Source: a virus
DNA: 64,000 nt
Direction: 5' to 3' (one strand)
IMG/VR virus record: IMGVR_UViG_3300020123_000589
Location: 87,360-151,359 of that record
Of this stretch, positions 28,702 through 37,849 are shown piece after piece. The translations under genes were made by a program, and so were the position numbers. The notes beneath the pieces are model-generated. The model was not told the origin of the DNA. It was given only the letters and a program-made list of their open reading frames with translations, and made no database searches. Position 1 is the first letter of the stretch. Each line of letters opens with the position of its first letter.

Positions 28702-29363
28702 GTATAAAAATAGTTTGCATTTCGGACACACATCTTTCCCACAACCAAGTAGAAATCCCTGAATGTGACCTTTTAATCCATGCAGGGGATTTTTCATTTG
28801 TTGGAAAAATGGTTGACGTTATAGAATTGAATCAATGGTTTGGAAAGCTTAAAGAGAAAGGTACTATTAAACAGGCAATTTTAATCGCTGGCAATCATGA
28901 TTGGATAGCCCAAAAAAATCCTAGTTGGACCAAAGAAGCTTTTACCAACTGCATTTATCTTGACGAAGAACCTTGTGAAGTGTTTGGGCTTAAAGTATTT
29001 GGATCAGCTTGGACTCCTGAATTTAATAATTGGGCGTTCAATGCAAAACGTGGAAAAGAGATTGCTCGACACTGGGCCAAGATTCCTGATGATACGCAAA
29101 TCCTGGTAACGCATGGGCCTCCGCATGGGATTTTGGATATTAACACTGAGGAGATTTACAGCTTACCGTTAGGTCCAGATCATTTAGGTTGTGAAGAGCT
29201 TAGGAAGCGTGTAGATGAATTGAAAGAATTAAAATTGCACGTTTTTGGACATATCCACAGTTCATCAAATACTCAAACAATCAACGGTGTTCAGTTTATC
29301 AATGCCTCAGTTTTAAATGAATCTTATGAGGTAATTTATCCTCCAAGAATAGTTACGTTATGA
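28698..29363 (+). CDS. Calcineurin-like metallophosphoesterase
   Basis: ISDTH, HAGD, GNHD, THGPP, HVFGHIH. Confidence 0.9.
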   Translation: MSIKIVCISDTHLSHNQVEIPECDLLIHAGDFSFVGKMVDVIELNQWFGKLKEKGTIKQAILIAGNHDWIAQKNPSWTKEAFTNCIYLDEEPCEVFGLKVFGSAWTPEFNNWAFNAKRGKEIARHWAKIPDDTQILVTHGPPHGILDINTEEIYSLPLGPDHLGCEELRKRVDELKELKLHVFGHIHSSSNTQTINGVQFINASVLNESYEVIYPPRIVTL

Positions 29364-29533
29364 AATGCGAAGAAAAGAAACTCTACATCACCGAGCATGA
29401 AGCAATCCTTGGCAAACTGCGTACAGAGCGTAAAAGAAAGGTACGATTGCGTGTTTACAATTGCGATAAATGCAAAGGATGGCATCTCACTTCCCACCTG
29501 TTAATCTGGCAATCCCAAAAGCTCTATTTGTAA
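29360..29533 (+). CDS. Small Zn-ribbon protein (C..K..Y...A ... Y.CxxC..WHLT, 57 aa)
   Basis: ATGA overlap; paralogue at 37184. Confidence 0.6.
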   Translation: MKCEEKKLYITEHEAILGKLRTERKRKVRLRVYNCDKCKGWHLTSHLLIWQSQKLYL

Positions 29534-29564
29534 AACCCCTCTAAAAATAGCATCAAATTATCCC

Positions 29565-29593
29565 TTGACAAAATACCCTTTTCCTGCTAAACT
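29565..29593 (+). promoter_or_regulatory. Sigma70-type promoter, leaderless to GTG 29600
   Basis: TTGACA-17-(TGc)TAAACT. Confidence 0.7.
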
Positions 29594-29599
29594 GTTTAT

Positions 29600-29776
29600 G
29601 TGGAAACAGAAGAAAAGCTCTGTGAATACTGCAAACACAAAGCAAGTGATCATCGTGTTGTTAATTCTGGTGCTTGTGGTGATCCCGAATGTTGTGGTAG
29701 CGAATATGAATGGTGTGAGGAATGCGGAGAATCTTGCAGCGGTTTTGATTTGAGAGAAAGGTGGTATGGAAGATGA
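29600..29776 (+). CDS. Cys-rich CxxCxH-x4-H zinc-finger protein without DNL tail (58 aa)
   Basis: METEEKLCEYCKHKASDH...C...CC...CEEC..SC.GF; GTG 6 nt after the -10 box; ATGA overlap with the next ORF. Confidence 0.6.
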   Translation: METEEKLCEYCKHKASDHRVVNSGACGDPECCGSEYEWCEECGESCSGFDLRERWYGR

Positions 29777-29938
29777 AATGTTCAAAATCCTTTAAGCAAG
29801 TTCTGCTTACATCTTGGGGTATGACTGAATTACAAAAAGGCAAACCCTATGATGAAGTGAAGCTTGAAATGAAGAAATTGAATCGACTAACCACTGAAGA
29901 GATTAAAAAGATTCGATCTGAGCAAGGAGGAAAATAAC

Positions 29939-30220
29939 ATGGAAGAAAAACTTATCGTAACTATGGGTGACTTGAATACAGAACGATACTCTAATTTGTT
30001 AGAGGCGAAAGATCTTCTTGAAGTGTCAGGATTGAAATGGGAGAAGTTGAATACAATCATTGAAGAAGTTAAATCGTTAGCGCAAATTACCAACCCTAAT
30101 TGGATGGGTTGGTATGATCGAGATGTATTAGAGGATATGTATAAGCGTGGAAAAGTTGAATACGATTTGAATGGTGAAGAACCAACCATTGCTTTGGATA
30201 TTTCAGAAGATGGAGAATAA
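29939..30220 (+). CDS. Hypothetical acidic protein
   Basis: GGAGG SD; ORF track. Confidence 0.55.
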   Translation: MEEKLIVTMGDLNTERYSNLLEAKDLLEVSGLKWEKLNTIIEEVKSLAQITNPNWMGWYDRDVLEDMYKRGKVEYDLNGEEPTIALDISEDGE

Positions 30221-30221
30221 C

Positions 30222-30863
30222 ATGGACCGTTACTATTTAAGCTGTACATACTGCGAAAGACCAATGGCTGTGAATGTGGAAGTTGGCAGTACAATTGAAG
30301 AGGTTGCCGAATCCGCCTGTCCTCTTTGTGGTGAAACGGCTCTTAGAATTATGGGCCGTGTTGAAAAAACAGATATCGTTCGAAGTAAAGTAAAGGCAGC
30401 TTGTGATTTGCGGTGTACCAATGCGGTTGGTCCTAAATGTAACTGTGAGTGTGGGAATGTCAACCATGGAACCCACAAGCTTGTAAGATATGATAAGTTC
30501 TTCCGTAAGCTTGAAATAGTTGAGAAGGATTTACTTAATAACAATGAAGAATACTTGGCCAGGATCAAAAGGATGGCCGCAGCTAAGGTTGACATCAAGC
30601 AGCGAGTGTTGGCTTTCTTGGAATGGAAAAATAAGAAGATTTTAGATTGGTTGCAGAAGCCTGGAAATAGTTCGTGGAGATTGGCAAACGAAGAATACAC
30701 AAGTTATTTGAAATACCTCGAACTAAAGAAAAGAATTGAAAAGATCGAGGATCTACGGTCGATTCAGCGCAAGATAAATCAGCTTGTCAAAATGATATCC
30801 CAAATTGGTCCAACACTCGACTATATTGAAGCCGTGGCGGAAGCGAGAGGACTTGTAAAATGA
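30222..30863 (+). CDS. Cys-rich protein (CxxC, CxxC, CD.RC..A.G..C.C.C...NHG) with a DNL-type tail
   Basis: Ends ...PTLDYIEAVAEARGLVK; start moved to ATG 30222. Confidence 0.65.
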   Translation: MDRYYLSCTYCERPMAVNVEVGSTIEEVAESACPLCGETALRIMGRVEKTDIVRSKVKAACDLRCTNAVGPKCNCECGNVNHGTHKLVRYDKFFRKLEIVEKDLLNNNEEYLARIKRMAAAKVDIKQRVLAFLEWKNKKILDWLQKPGNSSWRLANEEYTSYLKYLELKKRIEKIEDLRSIQRKINQLVKMISQIGPTLDYIEAVAEARGLVK

Positions 30864-31054
30864 CCCCTGAGAAACTCCTAACCAAAGAGGAACGCAAAGC
30901 CATTATAGACAAGCTTGTAGAGTACGATGCAGAGATGTATTTTAACATTGCGATTGGTAAAGGAGCAGGAGAGGCTGGTAGGATTAAGAAGAATATCCGA
31001 AGGCTTTACAATAAGTGGGATGATGCTAAGCTGTTGAGCGTGAGATTTAATTAG
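30860..31054 (+). CDS. Hypothetical protein
   Basis: ATGA overlap; ORF track. Confidence 0.5.
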   Translation: MTPEKLLTKEERKAIIDKLVEYDAEMYFNIAIGKGAGEAGRIKKNIRRLYNKWDDAKLLSVRFN

Positions 31055-31055
31055 T

Positions 31056-31625
31056 ATGCCACATAGTACGTTTGCAAAACGAAGAGCTTATTATAAGAGA
31101 CGCAGAAAATACTTTAATAAGAAAAGTCTTGAATATTATCATGCTCATAAAAGAAGGATGAAGAAGCAACGTAAAAAGTGGAGAGATACTCCAAAAAATA
31201 AAAAGAAACTATTAAGAGAAAAAAGAAAATATTATCGAAAGCATAGAGCTAAATTTTTACGTTGGCATAAAAAATATTATAAGAAACATAGAAGGCGCAT
31301 AAGAGAACGAACAGCTTCTCCAACTATCAGGTACTCAAATTTTAGAACCAGTTCTAAAAGAAGAAAATTGGTTTGCAATATAAAATTGGAGACATATGTT
31401 AAATTAATTTCCAAACCCTGTTTTTATTGCGGTGGTAAATTAGAAAGATTTGGTATAGGACTTGATAGAATAAATAGTTTAAAAGGTTATATTGTTGGAA
31501 ATGTTGTGCCGTGCTGTCCTATGTGTAATACGATAAAATGGGATCTTACTGTAAAAGAATTATTAATACACATAAAATTAATATACAAACGATTTAAAAA
31601 AGGGTACTTTAAAAAATATTTATGA
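31056..31625 (+). CDS. HNH-type homing endonuclease with a basic N-terminus
   Basis: C.YCG...GLDRI.S.KGY..GNVVPCC..CN..K; paralogue at 63392. Confidence 0.8.
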   Translation: MPHSTFAKRRAYYKRRRKYFNKKSLEYYHAHKRRMKKQRKKWRDTPKNKKKLLREKRKYYRKHRAKFLRWHKKYYKKHRRRIRERTASPTIRYSNFRTSSKRRKLVCNIKLETYVKLISKPCFYCGGKLERFGIGLDRINSLKGYIVGNVVPCCPMCNTIKWDLTVKELLIHIKLIYKRFKKGYFKKYL

Positions 31626-32635
31626 ATAAAATCGTGGAAATAAAATTTGGAAGTCATTTATATGGGTGTGCTACACAATCTAGTGATTCCGACTTTAAGG
31701 GTATTTATTTACCAACGTCCAGGCAGATCGTTCTTGGGCAGGGAAAGCATAACGTCAGTACATCACGTCCGAAGAAAGAATTTGAGAAGAATAGTAAAGA
31801 TGATGTGGATTCCGAAACCTTCAGTCTCAAAGAATATTTAAAGCTGCTTTGTGAAGGACAGACGGTTGCGTTGGACATGCTTTTTAGTCCCGCCTCTTTT
31901 CATGTGTTCAAAGGGGAGCGGTATGATTTATTTCAGAACATTTATGAGAATAAAGATAAGTTGCTTTCTAAGGGGATTTTAAGTTTCATTGGATACGCCA
32001 GAAAGCAGAGCGCGAAATACGGGATCAAAGGATCTCGCGTTCGAGCAGTAAAGGATACACTTGAATTTTTGAATACAGCTGTTTCTAATGGTGTTAACAA
32101 CCAATTACTTTTAAAAGATACTAATGTAAAAAGTGGATTAGATAATTTTATTACATCGGTTAATTCAGAATTCATTAAATATGTAGAATTGCCAGATCCT
32201 AACGGAATAATAGTACCTTATTTTGAGGTGTGCAACCGAAAGTTTCAAATGACAAATTCTATCAAATATACGTTAGCGGTTTTAAATAAAATTTACGATG
32301 AATATGGGCAACGGGCTAAGTTGGCTGAGGTTAACGATGGAATAGATTGGAAAGCATTGAGCCATGCTGTGCGTGTCAACTTTGAAGGACAGGAACTATT
32401 GAAGACAGGATTTATTACATTTCCCTGTCCAGAAAGGAAGCTTCTTTTGGATATTAAGACAGGTAAACTTCCCTATAAAGAGGTTGAAATCCTAATTGAG
32501 AATGGATTAAAGGATTTAGAGAATGCCCAAAAAACCTCTAAATTACCACAAAAACCCGATCTCAAATGGGCTGAGGATTTTGTGTACGACGTTTATTCTG
32601 AGATTGTCAAAAATAAACCCTTGACAATTTTATAA
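31622..32635 (+). CDS. Nucleotidyltransferase (Pol-beta superfamily, RlaP/T4 NrdC.11-like)
   Basis: FGSHLYG..T..SD.D.KGIY.P; 'DWKALSHAVR', 'LL.IK.G'. Confidence 0.8.
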   Translation: MNKIVEIKFGSHLYGCATQSSDSDFKGIYLPTSRQIVLGQGKHNVSTSRPKKEFEKNSKDDVDSETFSLKEYLKLLCEGQTVALDMLFSPASFHVFKGERYDLFQNIYENKDKLLSKGILSFIGYARKQSAKYGIKGSRVRAVKDTLEFLNTAVSNGVNNQLLLKDTNVKSGLDNFITSVNSEFIKYVELPDPNGIIVPYFEVCNRKFQMTNSIKYTLAVLNKIYDEYGQRAKLAEVNDGIDWKALSHAVRVNFEGQELLKTGFITFPCPERKLLLDIKTGKLPYKEVEILIENGLKDLENAQKTSKLPQKPDLKWAEDFVYDVYSEIVKNKPLTIL

Positions 32636-32649
32636 AATTCTGCTATACT
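32621..32649 (+). promoter_or_regulatory. Sigma70-type promoter, leaderless to ATG 32655
   Basis: TTGACA-17-(TGc)TATACT. Drives two small single-TM ORFs (ATG 32655 and 32788). Confidence 0.8.
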
Positions 32650-33105
32650 AAATTATGAAGACAAAACAAATGAAAGCTTTTATAAAAAATTACTGGATAG
32701 CACTTCTTGGAAGCGTTGTTATTATTGGAATGTTAATTGTTGATGGCTGGATGGTTTTCAGCCAATGTTCTCTTTGGTAAAATAAAATGGATAATGGAAA
32801 TTTAAAACTTTTAATTTTGGGTATGTTGCTTGGGGCGATACTCTTGGCGAGTGGAATGGTTTTTAATTCCCTCTCAAATGTTCTTCATAACATTCAAGTG
32901 AAATCTACAAATGAAGGAGTGCTCCTTAAACTTTAATGAATATTGAGTTTACTGATTATTTTGAAGATGCTGTATCTTGTTGGGAACTGTCTAACAAGAC
33001 GAACATTTCAAATTTAATAAAACGTTGCCTGTTTAAAAAAATTATAAAGAAGGAAGCTTTTGAATTACTGATGGTTGAAGTAGACAATTGGAATGGGAGA
33101 AAATT

Positions 33106-33354
33106 ATGAAGTTGGTAAAATGTTTGCATTGCAAAGTGTTCCTAATCCACAATAAAGAAGAGTATAAACGGCATGAAACGAAGCACCATGCTTATCATGC
33201 TTCTAAATATGAACCACATCATCATCGCCCTTTGAGCAATGAAGAATTTAATAGCATAGTGGCAAAAGGTGAAGAGCGGTTTAAACAGGCCCTTTTTGTA
33301 CCAGATAATCCAATTAATTTACGCAGCAGAAGTACTGGCTACGGCCAGCAATAA
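33106..33354 (+). CDS. Hypothetical C2H2-like His-rich protein
   Basis: CLHC...H...HH; ATGA overlap. Confidence 0.45.
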   Translation: MKLVKCLHCKVFLIHNKEEYKRHETKHHAYHASKYEPHHHRPLSNEEFNSIVAKGEERFKQALFVPDNPINLRSRSTGYGQQ

Positions 33355-33380
33355 CAACACCCGAAAGGAAAGGAACGAAA

Positions 33381-34811
33381 ATGAAAAAGCTAATTGTTGT
33401 ACTCGCTCTTGTCATGAGTGTTGCTACTCTGGCCAAAGCGTCAAACGTAACGGATACGGGACCAGGAAGTGCAGGAGATGTTCTTTATTTCACAGGTCAA
33501 GCAGGAAATGATCAAGGGACTTGGAGCAATTTGCCAAGTCTGGTACAGACGATTGTAAATAATAACATCACAGTTCCAGCGACTGTTGGTTCTGGAGTTA
33601 ACGGAGCTACCCCAGATACGGTTGGTAATTTGAATTTTGTCGGTACAGGATTGACATCCTCTGTATCAGGTTCAGGTTCTACAGCCACATCTAACATTGA
33701 CTTCAGTAATTTGTCAACCGTTGAGGGTCAGACGAATGCAACAAACATTACAAACGTAAGCAACTCACTAGATACAACGAACAGCAATGTTACGAACTTA
33801 ACAAATACGGTTAACAGCAATTCTACGGATATTAGTGGATTGCAAACGACTGTCAATCAACACACAACGCAAATCAATCAGAATACCTCTGATATCAGCA
33901 CCTTGAATAGTGGATTGAACACGACTAATACGAACGTGACCAATCTATCCAACAAGGAAGCCGGAGATGTTGCTTCTATTAATAACATGTCTGATCCAAG
34001 CACTATCTTGAATCAAACTGTTAATGCCAATACACAAAACATTGCCGCTGAAACTATTCGTGCAACAGGTGCAGAAAGCGTCCTCCAAAGCAACATTAAT
34101 GGGGAAACAGCTCGTGCTACTGGTGTTGAAAGTGGAATTCAGAACATGACGGATGGTAGTTTGTTGAGCAATACCGTTAATACCCATACTCAACAAATTA
34201 GTGCGTTGAATACGGGATTGACAAATGAAACAAATCGCGCAGAAGGTGCTGAAGGAGTTTTGCAGAACAACATTAACAACGAAGCTTCTACACGCGCTTC
34301 GGCTGACCAAGCGTTGCAGAATCAGATTAACAATGTGAATGCTCAAGCACAAGACAATACCAATCGCATTGATCGTTTGGAACAGACTAAGTATTTGTTG
34401 GAGCCTACCGTTCGAATCTATGATGGTAAGCTTTTTCAAGTGCAAGCGTTTGATTCTTATGATGTTCGACACGGTACTAACTTTGCTTTGGGTGCTCGTG
34501 TAATGTTGAAACTTGGAAAGTCTTATGAAGAGAAGCTTCTTGCTAAGACGAACCCTGAGATTGCTCGTCTTCTTTCAGCTAATGTATCCCATGACATTGC
34601 AGAACGGGATGCTATTCGTCAGCAGCTTGCTGAAGACCGCGCTCTTATTCAAAAGCAAAGTGAGCTTCTTGCTAAGTTGACTACGCCACAAGCCACTGTT
34701 CTTAGTGTTCCAGTTGTATCTTCAGATCATGTCTTTGGAACTCCTTCTAAGGCTGATGAAGATCTTCTTCAAGCCTTGGATGCAAAGAATGAGGCGTTCG
34801 CAGCCAAGTAA
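33381..34811 (+). CDS. Secreted fibre/adhesin-like protein: signal peptide, coiled-coil stalk, short beta-strand anchor
   Basis: MKKLIVVLALVMSVATLAKA signal; N/T-rich heptads and ETxRAxxAExxLQ repeats; C-terminal amphipathic strands + KLGKSYEEKLL. Confidence 0.7.
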   Translation: MKKLIVVLALVMSVATLAKASNVTDTGPGSAGDVLYFTGQAGNDQGTWSNLPSLVQTIVNNNITVPATVGSGVNGATPDTVGNLNFVGTGLTSSVSGSGSTATSNIDFSNLSTVEGQTNATNITNVSNSLDTTNSNVTNLTNTVNSNSTDISGLQTTVNQHTTQINQNTSDISTLNSGLNTTNTNVTNLSNKEAGDVASINNMSDPSTILNQTVNANTQNIAAETIRATGAESVLQSNINGETARATGVESGIQNMTDGSLLSNTVNTHTQQISALNTGLTNETNRAEGAEGVLQNNINNEASTRASADQALQNQINNVNAQAQDNTNRIDRLEQTKYLLEPTVRIYDGKLFQVQAFDSYDVRHGTNFALGARVMLKLGKSYEEKLLAKTNPEIARLLSANVSHDIAERDAIRQQLAEDRALIQKQSELLAKLTTPQATVLSVPVVSSDHVFGTPSKADEDLLQALDAKNEAFAAK

Positions 34812-34817
34812 CGAATC

Positions 34818-34854
34818 TACACTGCAAGGGCATCGAAAGGTGCCCTTCAGCGTA
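34818..34854 (+). other. Intergenic stem-loop with GAAA tetraloop (no U-tract)
   Basis: AAGGGCATC-GAAA-GGTGCCCTT, extendable by TACACTG/CAGCGTA. Confidence 0.6.
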
Positions 34855-34884
34855 TATTCAAACTAAAAAAGAGAGGGAAACGAA

Positions 34885-35400
34885 ATGAACAAGAAAACAG
34901 TAATGGCCATTCTGTTAGCTAGTTTGTTTATTGCCCCGTTGGTATCAGCCAACTGCGGTAATGGCAACGACAATGGAAATGGTTGTAGTGGTGGCAACAC
35001 AGGATCACAGGGACCACAAGGGCCACAGGGAAATCCTGGACTAAATGGTTCTAACGGCGCAAATGGAACCAATGGTTCTAATGGAACAAATGGAGCTGCC
35101 GGATTAAATGGAACAAATGGGGCCAATGGACTTAATGGCGTAGACGCAGTAAATCAGTCTCGTCTTTTAGGGGAATTGGATCTTCGCGTTTGGGATACAA
35201 AGCGCACGTCTTTTTATGCCTTTGATTCCTATGGATTCAATGATGCTCCAGGAAATGATGTTGTTATGGATGGCCGCAATGCATTCTATGGATTCAAGTT
35301 TGTTGTTAAGCTTGGCTCCTCCTATGAAGAACGATTGTTGGATAAACAAGCAGGACAGATCAAAGCATTAGAAGCAGCATTAGCAAAGTTGTCTAAGTAG
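34885..35400 (+). CDS. Secreted collagen-like protein with the same beta-strand anchor
   Basis: Signal peptide ending VSA; 17 Gly-X-Y triplets; ...LRVWD...AFDSY...KLGSSYEERLL. Confidence 0.75.
   Translation: MNKKTVMAILLASLFIAPLVSANCGNGNDNGNGCSGGNTGSQGPQGPQGNPGLNGSNGANGTNGSNGTNGAAGLNGTNGANGLNGVDAVNQSRLLGELDLRVWDTKRTSFYAFDSYGFNDAPGNDVVMDGRNAFYGFKFVVKLGSSYEERLLDKQAGQIKALEAALAKLSK
34993..35145 (+). repeat. Collagen Gly-X-Y repeat (17 triplets)
   Basis: GNT GSQ GPQ GPQ GNP GLN GSN ... GVD. Confidence 0.85.
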
Positions 35401-35406
35401 TCTTTA

Positions 35407-35459
35407 GCTTGTTCCTGGGGTGTTTTGACCTTTAGGCATTACATCGAGCGGGAACAAGC
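35407..35459 (+). other. Intergenic long imperfect stem-loop
   Basis: GCTTGTTCCT ... GGGAACAAGC. Confidence 0.5.
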
Positions 35460-35471
35460 ATAAGGATTAAA

Positions 35472-35717
35472 ATGCCAATACTAGCTCTTCTTTTAGCAGT
35501 AGCCAGTCCTAAAGTGCAAGATCCAGAAACGATTGTGCATAAATATGATAATTTTGATTTTGGAAAAATCAATCTTTCTATTAAAGGATTGAATACTGTG
35601 GAATTGAATAAAGATATTTATAGTGGCAAACATCTTCAAATTGAAAGTGACGGATCTTGGAATGTTTCCACCCGTCAGCAGGAAGCTACATTGCAAGTGG
35701 CTTGGAAATTTAAATAA
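35472..35717 (+). CDS. Small secreted beta-strand protein, stalk-less paralogue of the anchor domain
   Basis: Short hydrophobic N-terminus; IYSGKHLQI matches IYDGKLFQV; ends LQVAWKFK. Confidence 0.55.
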   Translation: MPILALLLAVASPKVQDPETIVHKYDNFDFGKINLSIKGLNTVELNKDIYSGKHLQIESDGSWNVSTRQQEATLQVAWKFK

Positions 35718-35877
35718 TGTCCAATTTTGAAGTAACACCTCCGCAGGTAGTGAATTTAATTTGTCCTCGGTGTAAACTTACGTGGATGAATAAAAATGGA
35801 AATGAAAACTTCTATTTTTGCTATGCTTGCAGTTTTATACTCTTTGATAGACAGGTAGAAGAGTTTAAAAAGGGATC

Positions 35878-35906
35878 TTGACAAAGTATTAATTTGGTGG
35901 TATAAT
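35878..35906 (+). promoter_or_regulatory. Sigma70-type promoter (perfect consensus), near-leaderless to ATG 35914
   Basis: TTGACA-17-(TGg)TATAAT. Confidence 0.85.
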
Positions 35907-36191
35907 AAAGTAGATGAAAATAAAACTTTATAATTCTCTTGACAACCCGTGGATCGCTTTTCCCTTGATGATCCTTATGTTCGTAATATTTATGTGGGGT
36001 GCCTTAAAGATCACGGGGCATATGCAAAAACCTCATAGTGTGGAGATTGTTAATGGAAAATAATGGACACAAATACAAAAATCAATGTAAAGCGCAAGTA
36101 GGACATTGCCCCTGGTGTACGCGCTGTGAAAATTGTGGTGAGATTTGGATTAACAGTGTAGATCGAGAATGTTCGAAAAAGGATAATTAAA

Positions 36192-36809
36192 ATGAATATT
36201 ATACCCACTGTCGTAGAAAAAATGCAGGGTGCAGGTTCCATGGTGAGTTATGATCTTTTGTCTCGTTTGATGCAGGATAGGATTTTGTTTGTAGGTGGTA
36301 ATCATGGGGCTATCAGTTTAGATGACGCTAATATTCTAATCTCCCAGCTTTTGTATCTTGATTCAATAGATCCAGGTAAGAAAATTGAAATGTACATAAA
36401 TTCTCCTGGTGGAGAAGTATCGGCGGGCCTTGCTATTCTGGATACGATGAATCATATTCAGAGTCCGATTACAACCATTTGTTTGGGAATGGCGATGTCT
36501 TTTGGAGCAGTGCTGCTAAGTGCTGGAGAACCTGGAAAACGTTTTGCTCTTCCGAACGCTCGTATCATGATTCATCAACCCTTGATTTCTGGCGGTGGAA
36601 TTTCTGGCCAAGCCACAGATATTGAGATTGAAGCCAAAGAAATGACACATTGCAAAACCTCTCTTACAAAGATCCTAGCAGCAAATTGTAATCAGAAGTA
36701 TGAGAAAGTACTTAAGGATTGTGAACGCAATTTTTATATGTCGGCTGAAGAAGCAAAAGAGTATGGTTTGATTGACAAGGTTATTTTGCCTAAGAAGCTG
36801 GAAAAGTAA
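36192..36809 (+). CDS. clpP: ATP-dependent Clp protease proteolytic subunit
   Basis: YD..SRL..DRI, YINSPGG, G.AMS.GA, RIMIHQP; Asn at the catalytic Asp position (ERNF). Confidence 0.95.
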   Translation: MNIIPTVVEKMQGAGSMVSYDLLSRLMQDRILFVGGNHGAISLDDANILISQLLYLDSIDPGKKIEMYINSPGGEVSAGLAILDTMNHIQSPITTICLGMAMSFGAVLLSAGEPGKRFALPNARIMIHQPLISGGGISGQATDIEIEAKEMTHCKTSLTKILAANCNQKYEKVLKDCERNFYMSAEEAKEYGLIDKVILPKKLEK

Positions 36810-36938
36810 GGAACTGCCATTTTAAATGTTACTCGTATTATTTACGTTTACATTCTCCTTGTATTTTTTATCGTAGGATCTTATTTATTTAATAAAGGGA
36901 TCGTAACAGGAAGAGAAAAATACAGACACAGTAGAAAC

Positions 36939-37181
36939 ATGGAGTTGGCTTTGAAAAGTGCCTATCATTTTGGATATGTTGATGCAAAAGCTGGTAAGTC
37001 CGAAGATTGGGAAAATGGTGAAGAACAAGTGCCGCAAGTTTATTGTACAGATTGTCAACAAGTAGATATGTGCCTTGGGATTATAGAACCAACACATATA
37101 CAAATATCTTTGACTAGACCGAGTAAAATTTGGTTTAATTTATACTGGATGACATTGGATGGTAAGAAGGAGTGTAAGTAG
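36939..37181 (+). CDS. Hypothetical protein
   Basis: ORF track. Confidence 0.4.
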   Translation: MELALKSAYHFGYVDAKAGKSEDWENGEEQVPQVYCTDCQQVDMCLGIIEPTHIQISLTRPSKIWFNLYWMTLDGKKECK

Positions 37182-37183
37182 AG

Positions 37184-37357
37184 ATGAAGCCCAACGCATT
37201 AACACAGTGTCAAATTAAAAAATCCTACCCAACCAAAGAAGCTGCGGATAAAACTGGGGCTTACTTGTACTTAGAAAAGCAAGTAGAAGTTGAAAGCTAT
37301 CATTGTAACATCTGCTCCCAATATCATTTAACCAGGAGTAATAAACGTGACAGATAA
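37184..37357 (+). CDS. Small Zn-ribbon protein, paralogue of 29360 (57 aa)
   Basis: CQIKKSYPTKEAA...SYHCNICSQYHLT; AGGAG SD. Confidence 0.6.
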   Translation: MKPNALTQCQIKKSYPTKEAADKTGAYLYLEKQVEVESYHCNICSQYHLTRSNKRDR

Positions 37358-37501
37358 ACAATGGAAAGCTAATATTCGTAGAATTAAAGATCCCAAGAAA
37401 CTCTTAGCGATTATTGGGGCTGATGATTTTATGTTGGGGACTGATCCTTATTACAACGATTTGTGGACAGTTATTTTTGAAAAGGCTAAGGAGCTTTCAA
37501 A

Positions 37502-37849
37502 ATGACGAATAAACAACTTGAAGCAGTAAACGTAAAGATAGCTAAGAAGATGGGATGGAAGCGTTTTAGAAAAGAACGGTTGCCAGATCCATTACAGAAA
37601 GAATCACGTATGACAGGGCTTGCTCCAGGGAATATACGTAACCAGTTTGTTCCAGCTTTTACAAACAATCTTGCTTATGCTACGCAGCTTGTTGATTGGG
37701 CAAATGAGCATGGGTATTATTTTGAACTAGTAAAAAGTGCTACGATGGAATTTTATGAAGTTTGTTTTAGAAAGTTAGATGATGAGTCTGTTGATTTTGG
37801 AACTCTTCCCTCAATGGCGATTTGTATGGCTTTTTTAAAGATTAAGTGA
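37502..37849 (+). CDS. Phage ABA-sandwich-like hypothetical protein
   Basis: 'IAK.MGW...P.FT.N...A.QLV...P.MAIC.A.L' pattern. Confidence 0.5.
   Translation: MTNKQLEAVNVKIAKKMGWKRFRKERLPDPLQKESRMTGLAPGNIRNQFVPAFTNNLAYATQLVDWANEHGYYFELVKSATMEFYEVCFRKLDDESVDFGTLPSMAICMAFLKIK

Noticed and set aside
29565-29753. Tracked ORF MTKYPF...
   Set aside because: Its TTG is the -35 box of a promoter. The overlapping frame from GTG 29600 gives a family-type Zn finger with proper coupling.
34818-34854. Rho-independent terminator
   Set aside because: There is no U-tract after the stem, so it is kept only as a structural element.
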